A stretch of DNA of 32,000 nt from Candidatus Saganbacteria bacterium (GTDB lineage: Bacteria; Margulisbacteria; WOR-1; JAKLHX01). Positions 29,801 to 32,000 of this stretch are shown one piece after another. The stretch is from NCBI GenBank assembly GCA_026387835.1, contig JAPLKZ010000010.1, forward strand, positions 114,325-146,324. Reading direction: 5' to 3'. A program made the translations under genes and the position numbers. Numbering within the stretch: position 1 is the stretch's first letter; each line of letters opens with the position of its first letter. The notes beneath the pieces were generated by a model. The model was not told the DNA's origin. It did no database searches and worked only from the letters and a program-made list of their open reading frames with translations.

Positions 29801-32000
29801 AGTGCCTGTCAGGGGGGTAAGGATCCTGAGTATCTTTTCGCCCTTGTCCTTTTCGCCTTTCAGGGCGTTCTGCAGGCACAGCACATACGCCGCAGCCTGC
29901 TGATCGACAAGCGCGTCCCTGTATCTCGTCTGGTCTTTTGCGGTGGAAGACATCACCCTTCCGAATGATTCGTTGAGCAGCAGGTCTTCGGCCGTTATTT
30001 TTGTTGCTTTTGCCCCTTTTGACCTGAACGCGATCGTATTAAGCAGCATCACCAGGTTCTGGTCGGCTTTCCCCTTTTCATAGTTCTTGTATCCGTAGTG
30101 TTTTTCAAGGACATCCTGGATCGTTTCGATTTCTTTCAGCGTAGCAGGCACAAGCGAGTGTGTCCTGTCCCTTTTGAGCACGATGATATTTTCTATCCTG
30201 CCAGTCTCTGACGGGTCGTCAAGGTTCACGGGATAGTAGAATTCAAACCTGAAACCGTCAAGGATCGTCTTGGTGCCTGTGATAAAATCGCCCTCTTCGA
30301 GCTGCGGTATCTGTCCGAGCTGTCTTGGAGTGCTCAGTTTCTCCAGCCTTTGTCTTTCCTGATCCCATTTAGAATGGACCTCATCGATCGCTGATGTGAT
30401 CCTGTCAGAGTCCTTTTCACCGGGACAAAATACCTGATGGAATGTGTCAAGTGCCTGAAGCGTCGGTTTATCAAGCTTGTTCTCGTCCTGATTCACGTCA
30501 GAAGTGAATATCGCCTTGACCCTGAAATCTTTTTTCGCCGGATCGGGAAGCAGGCCCATGGGAGAAGATGCCAGCATCAGGCTGTCTTCCATGAAACCCA
30601 TCTGAGAAAGAGTCTTTTTCTTGTCCTCGCTGAAATGCGTACCCCTTGCGAAAGGAAGCCCCGGTCTGTCCTCCGGTGTCTTTTCTGGTTTTTCAGATTG
30701 TACATGTATATTCAACCTTCCTATGCCCGAAGCTGTCCAGCTGCCGCTGTCGTCTTCTTTGATCCCTAATTCTTCACTGTATTTTTGAAGGATCAGGGTC
30801 ACAGTCCTTTCGGCTTCTTCTTCTGAAGAACCCTTAGGGATAAGCAATGTTATGCTGAACGACCTGTCAGGACCGCTCTTTGTCCTTCTTGCTTCGGCAA
30901 GGGCCGTCTTAATGGATTTTAAAAATTCACCTTCCCTGACATGTGTATCTATTTCAGTCCCGAATGACGCCGACTGGTCTTTCCATGGCATGATATTGAG
31001 CTCTTTTTCGACCGCCGCCATCTCTTCTTCTGTCAGGCAGTCCATAACAGCCTGCACCTGGATGTTCCTGAACTGTTCCGCGAGCATTTTTATCCCGTCC
31101 TCGTTGAGCGGTATGCCGCCGAACGCCGTTATCTGGGCTTTTATCTGCTCCGCAGTTGAAGTTATTGTTATTTGTGAAGGATCAAGTATGAATTCATTTA
31201 CGGTAAGCCTGCTTCCTTCCCCTATTTTCTGGCTGAGAATATCCATTTTCAGCATCGAGAAATATCGTTTTCCTGCATTCGTCTTCAGGTATTTTTCGAT
31301 CAGCTCTTTTGTCCTGGGGCATTCTTCAGCCTTTTTCTGCTTTTCTCTGACATTGTTTAACCCGTCAAACAGCTTGCTTGAATACTCGCCGTATTTTTTC
31401 TGGTATTCCTCTATCCTGGCCTGGTTTTCGCTGACCCAGCTCCATTGTTCGACCGGGTTCCCGGCAAATAAAATAGATCTCAGGTTCGCGTCCCTTATTC
31501 TTTTCGAGTCCTGTTTCTTAGTCCCGGATATTTGTTCATCCGCGAATTTTTTCAGTCTTTCGGACGCATAATCACGGACAGCTTTCGTAACCGCCTCGGA
31601 GAAGGCATCCTTTGTCGCCACTTTTGCCTGGTCGGTGTTTATCTCGCCGAGCATCGTTAGCAGTTCATCGGCTCCCGGTATATCTTTTTCCTCGCCTTTA
31701 AATGTCGTCGCCCCGAGCTTTTTCATGATCTGGGCAAGCATCCATCTGGCACCTCTTGCCGCTGCATCTTCTTTTTTGACGGCCTCAAAGTCCCTTGATA
31801 CGATCAGCTGCGCAGCTTTGTTCTTTGCCGCTTCATCTGAAAATATTTCTTTCGGGGCTGTCTTGCAGATGTCGGCCAGCAGCGCTCTTTCCCCGGATAT
31901 CTCACTTGACCTCTGCAGGCCGGCTTTGTAGCTTTTTATTTCCGACAGGGCTTTTTTTATCGCCTGGGGAAGTTCCTGAGGTTTTACAGTATTCTGGGTT
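17900..32000 (-). CDS. Giant multidomain protein with embedded SecA-like DEAD motor; N-terminus beyond right edge
   Basis: ORF track gives 4613 aa from an ATG at 31741, but the frame stays open to the window edge (hand-translated upstream: ...TQNTVKPQELPQAIKKALSEIKSYKAGLQRSSEISGERALLADICKTAPKEIFSDEAAKNKAAQLIVSRDFEAVKKEDAAARGARW-MLAQIMKK), so at least 4,699 codons. Confidence 0.93.
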   Translation of the reverse strand, partial: TQNTVKPQELPQAIKKALSEIKSYKAGLQRSSEISGERALLADICKTAPKEIFSDEAAKNKAAQLIVSRDFEAVKKEDAAARGARWMLAQIMKKLGATTFKGEEKDIPGADELLTMLGEINTDQAKVATKDAFSEAVTKAVRDYASERLKKFADEQISGTKKQDSKRIRDANLRSILFAGNPVEQWSWVSENQARIEEYQKKYGEYSSKLFDGLNNVREKQKKAEECPRTKELIEKYLKTNAGKRYFSMLKMDILSQKIGEGSRLTVNEFILDPSQITITSTAEQIKAQITAFGGIPLNEDGIKMLAEQFRNIQVQAVMDCLTEEEMAAVEKELNIMPWKDQSASFGTEIDTHVREGEFLKSIKTALAEARRTKSGPDRSFSITLLIPKGSSEEEAERTVTLILQKYSEELGIKEDDSGSWTASGIGRLNIHVQSEKPEKTPEDRPGLPFARGTHFSEDKKKTLSQMGFMEDSLMLASSPMGLLPDPAKKDFRVKAIFTSDVNQDENKLDKPTLQALDTFHQVFCPGEKDSDRITSAIDEVHSKWDQERQRLEKLSTPRQLGQIPQLEEGDFITGTKTILDGFRFEFYYPVNLDDPSETGRIENIIVLKRDRTHSLVPATLKEIETIQDVLEKHYGYKNYEKGKADQNLVMLLNTIAFRSKGAKATKITAEDLLLNESFGRVMSSTAKDQTRYRDALVDQQAAAYVLCLQNALKGEKDKGEKILRILTPLTGTFYGQKEAKPKFTDMEKQLITLILKYKPTKEEIDKITSFLGWLNNATAEEREAFFIAAQQFFKATEKAEKNEKPEKREALKFAAFSISEINRALATAGLVVKENRTAAWIKASGITENEEEKTKFDPDQQELKKKFSGSLAGAAARVYFMDQGDPKTRQTYVSAGSVTLDGKMFTTINKPTQAQEASPKEISDRPKIKPTNENEKVDLNVFGQKAPYSLAKAMMIGAGCRNISSPKENYMTFSDVTALAVLLDRKGRIYLSSALPVSNFDDFIASLSFVVKEKHEISLTAEENKLLGKLFTCLVNPGQETFLTLQDIDDIGKLRKRLAELLKTELVKATPKDEGELKQFLDELAQFLKDPSDRKKFERIAENIMLLNGSTLKELKTLKALANLYVGTRELCPKELSDADAVIKRGQMEGYFIPVQGGINNDEDKDGLMALAKWLKESGEVLRTTRLNDLPENIRKYAETVNRICWQLDQVDLVADIPGEVVGGDSWLSKTASVMLRVWNQDTRSLVTVPRQRISGEKAWLQVMLLKASLQPAAVKKIGELQGEIDVTMQKIKTIEANINSFLNEKTKGAKKKELEDWKKEYPDDYTELISLNRELGSLRRELSKKLSPMMDTRIDENFFLSLSPAISRIKTSENIMKYVFGQNMVVYDEQGKPKYEKSISDYIAEATGLKTFEDIEKFILKTIQRDGGWTTLTVLPVENRDTTIAKMLLIRMMFAIPVSSSDLNWLTLISSSLIMTGGLPIALTSMGANAADTDTTKFKANAPVSGENLMSAKNIVWQRIFATMGAMTQANPKTSIGFYVKFFNYRFSESQKKQMISDFRPFEGDQKGIARFNQVDVQDIGRTVTNLNLVLDRLNNNRSMWPSAASKRLYNLRFDDKAQKWEWISPVDRFKAEDASDISNPEAAKSEAEKAFSGALLDAFTVLDLFERTSGVPEASFDLANVQHYLQRGLRETFGINGTQKIPQMVELNMYGECTPEHRMNPVFDGTWATPLKTFSGVPFLFNMVEEALPWQTMPAAIGWQIGNVGGKMKSWSEAIIKGETTGNWSAADNIFFGTEGTGYEDGLLYQLASMTKAFVRYGIDPRLGLSKINDLWKTEDDWDKLIGKSVFWMLQTMAASYSALRGADYVTRRARGMPYMSHKTLPLGTRTVFRVLGSGAEWTMDRVGRDGKIGKGLDWVHITIEDCLVRGAEWVKNSYSGDPTKIGPVRKYLNDHPALRTAVMAGGRTAYETGRFSYRVVSLYFISCLADRVGRAVKAAEHPQDFIFVGDQKRQTAADLGVSPSAVTRRAIRGSYQPDYRAKFPEHLNGSGTFVFESLPDSTRTARAVRFVKRQDEPISVIEGDKRCEIFRDAVEEIFESGPTQTIRIDRSIETLPIGRIEIVDGNEIAMSPYITNSGAKLLRIKIGRERLIIDRKVISAPEQVATLRGAIVDLADHIKFVSGQNLSEIAQDLGIDIGRHVELVLPAGVTTQEQAVQKMVEDAMRVCNERTITAETERLRELVDSGNIKGAKEGYQKLFNEQMEGFHGDFSSFEARTKLLALTRISVYLFGKSADEVPGTIPGTKKVEYKYNHLRFTFPQMEAVARGYLGYSFNKECGGGKSAICFGVNINRWRADKGMSYSFTTDHIFAERDAECFRECYEVMGVPKVGVVDSKSSQARLRTELSSPVVYGSLYDFMVVDLISRTMPPAEAAFVDFQRSYTADEGEYFMIDMSKTPLILSGGGDGSEVANAKQWRKAAKAAKYVMSRGIGESDRPNIEALLMANKQFSELANKPGTVDMVINCMKAQKTIDDKKVYVDRVKRQVYVVDENVSKIMVDNRFNEGLHQALEAMCGFPIRQELTAIQSQTPQQFLLSFRGLKVFMSGTLTVPEVRAFFERLGIEVVELSRNVSEWDYAGQDADGCRRALQAIFDARTSGAATTGDVRLETLFFKLPGGTADQECVPVRVCIQMRDGRVVTRNAEGGETVGNETGYYSLLGDIADKMRGMALQNSGRDLPLIPSLIVRHDPNIVIDQDTQINEIVTRIQAEIDYAISKGHAPRPILIQTAGDSERGRKITDAIEAGLSPQQKAAIKGRVELCDHEIRSGKNARNAAIAHAGTPGITIGSFARADDIRVKGAPGSEAVRRGIMVIPISPAGNEWAFIQLRERGGRFIDSVEVVPIYSIDDPNIKATLSVMPSSASSNEPNMYDELKVAVSRRDMATARRIIQNDLRTEQAKQACAKAEEGLIIRKYFQGIEDHYRGISDELFVTRDGVGVVPNRSLNIIECAKKFIMAGVEAVIERHADGNKPLNRDALAKLSKDLAWLLGIKEEEVTRALDPGTKENLSITEIKGRLQTMVDGFLAGTSGKAKYSSSHKPSGSLRFEVEQQGMRFNIENSWENIIVEVFSAANRQLGNEQLGLVERFRTGLIKEDENIEMRLQQEATAIGRDNRINAAKRMLYAISKSVGAKSFVGAWKAPSVTATADTSAASPVPAPTAAPVVAGAQSGNLAPSQIDVLIRAASSGKEIPALSKLFFEMGQGMINPRALKTINKVVVVPDKVFTDADISGDAAFAGDTVFVRESAVKLDANGTLTINSSLRISDAFTHELTEIHFRFMVIQGMDPHEAAQIAEDYLGRHSSVRPRGIVISHEKAKTPVQLLEEIERTPQGSDIYYESAERIDYSVSGEQAAKLREYVRVVRHVLTGNDLLAGSLHLAQSSGRLEPFLTDKSTVIEIKTAEDADAGTIKLTKSGDIIEIEADGEKMEISVSDARALIDGQKALDEIISAAVEANKGKGFDPEAIRTRLSQSISELQVQGSSDIPLVIISGNRENILYENIAVEKGGKTYSVKISKRTIAELMSASPETDAYLEAVKKLEAEIDAQLQQARAADTEYNKVQKSDFLKPFTETAIVINSKDGRAQITVSLNNRTLACLTKCLSSSKEYKSAANELERVISQAAAELKKIGVSEKVARTQVFSTIFQITCLSRFSQTFGDLASSVSAQIFEGEIAKLDPKDPDFQKKTEQAKKKANSVIEDISSPMSMDSIFKMAVREDINLLGSEAVDKYLASVYQSLAEKYKAKGLKVPEFSMPAASDGTYNVREMVGAWQWMCLGAPGGNFGQKLTSVGANTAHDAASGFLASIIVSAGKNFLLYGLRGEGATMWAKTEDETIQGTIGWAKFGLERGVGQALLGLSGGQGTAFAIFLNTQRDIKSASMDRKLVVTVQGAGNLGSFMLTQKIATWALSKKLPRPLAEFGGNVVAMAGMEIFGVGYNWTMKKAPWLYSAMTSPAAARTGDVLDGTSHVLANKLYVQIGAKASLWALNLGKASVAVGSRAAGLGALIGTVICEGAPRISDAMNGNSSADIDERNKLYEEWVVPMRKAYRDQENAYIRKGKDSVREWLFSTTALSWVEGAEVIGYMKTIKSICENTENILKYYELGYLDSKTFMEKVSAQLEKQRKDNPSITLEQFVNQKKAFQEIAFLFGRIDRHEIKLEDAKEKIKNLVLEQIARRAYVNLPSVERMTRSIMLKADDAAFARSQNNMLIQGMPATPLKRDIQEQCPSLFREYIRKVHLSEYQKKTAEIQDSIVGTVFDLGMLKENERKAFEGYCSIRGVNIAEVNDKLALFKLYVAYNIGKSVGAYAKNRVLIDKTADFQIEKLFTLDNFIKGMNKEEAAIFIKEFNEFLKTKNGQNGRVSLQPTGEKFLKRLSEFYVSNRQGISDSISDKDIDDVFGNEIDKVTGKIKCNIKCPEEVPSQSMLRLGNGEYTIYWLQQNPNLVSGFRWFLESRFGSKIYLPAEPEQPALPKSNTRWSAYANIAELGRKIEYAQSESSKKEMLGNEIQLYISCREKAQSAFSSGKYDIALGFYSRIHNSRIGTAAENARIRNATSECIRIILENKATSDAIAKAIGNGGAIRDEIVKILVKACRSKADYSEFARINEINKEVSKAGKCREAMAEISRNYGLLQPADIYTGDIEPY
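19765..20440 (-). other. Hydrophobic, probably membrane-associated segment of the giant protein
   Basis: GFLASIIVSAGKNFLLYGL, LAEFGGNVVAMAGMEIFGVGYNW, LWALNLGKASVAVGSRAAGLGALIGTVICEG. Confidence 0.5.
22315..22415 (-). other. Pro/Ala/Thr-rich interdomain linker in the giant protein
   Basis: KAPSVTATADTSAASPVPAPTAAPVVAGAQSGNLAPSQ. Confidence 0.7.
23280..25080 (-). other. Divergent SecA-like DEAD motor region within the giant protein
   Basis: Ordered motifs matching SecA: KECGGGKS (Walker A, CGGGKS at 24974..24991), TTDHIFAERDAECFRECYEVMGV (cf. NDYLAKRDAE), VVYGSLYDFMVVDL, DEGEYFMIDMSKTPLILSG (cf. DEVDSILIDEARTPLIISG; DEGE at 24659..24670), VYVVDENVSKIMVDNRFNEGLHQALEA, FRGLKVFMSGT, PILIQT..SERGRKI, IAHAGTPGITIGSFARADDIRV, QLRERGGR (23327..23350). 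Confidence 0.85.
27535..27665 (-). other. Hydrophobic segment of the giant protein, N-terminal to the SecA-like region
   Basis: MLLIRMMFAIPVSSSDLNWLTLISSSLIMTGGLPIALTSMGA. Confidence 0.4.

Noticed and set aside
18277-31931. Many plus-strand ORFs (up to 239 aa) opposite the giant gene, e.g. 23492..24190 and 30852..31571
   Set aside because: They read as antisense shadows (Ser/Ile/Leu/Phe-rich, no domains, no consistent RBS), while the minus strand shows a continuous protein-like frame with SecA motifs.

Overview
This looks like an ordinary bacterial chromosomal segment, nearly all on the minus strand, ending in part of one giant gene. Reading from the left: the start of a peptide ABC-transporter substrate-binding lipoprotein (TTG start, missed by the ORF track), a type II secretion/type IV pilus-like pseudopilin and inner-membrane F protein, tatD, metG, an exported hypothetical paired with an ion-transporter-superfamily permease, a divergent glucose-6-phosphate isomerase, a phosphodiester glycosidase-family protein, pepA, lemA, a TPM-domain protein, ndk, argH, argG, argF, and one small plus-strand hypothetical. 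The rest (17900 to the right edge) is one uninterrupted minus-strand reading frame. It is open past the ORF-track ATG to the window boundary, giving at least 4,699 codons with the N-terminus off-window. Direct reading finds a divergent but complete SecA-like DEAD-motor core in it (GGGKS Walker A, RDAE, DEGE in place of DEVD, GLHQ, MSGT, QLRERGGR). It is flanked by hydrophobic segments, a Pro/Ala linker, a HELTEIH putative zincin-like motif and a degenerate three-copy alpha/beta repeat. This architecture, plus nearby T2SS-like genes, fits what I recall of giant proteins in Candidatus Omnitrophota; the taxonomic call is inference. Other observations are a strong argF promoter inside the annotated ORF start (suggesting a near-leaderless start), divergent promoters sharing a -35 region, a dispersed CTTCGACAAGCTCAG-like repeat family, and a possible degenerate copy of the argF 5' end. 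I found no CRISPR array, rRNA, tRNA or transposase.
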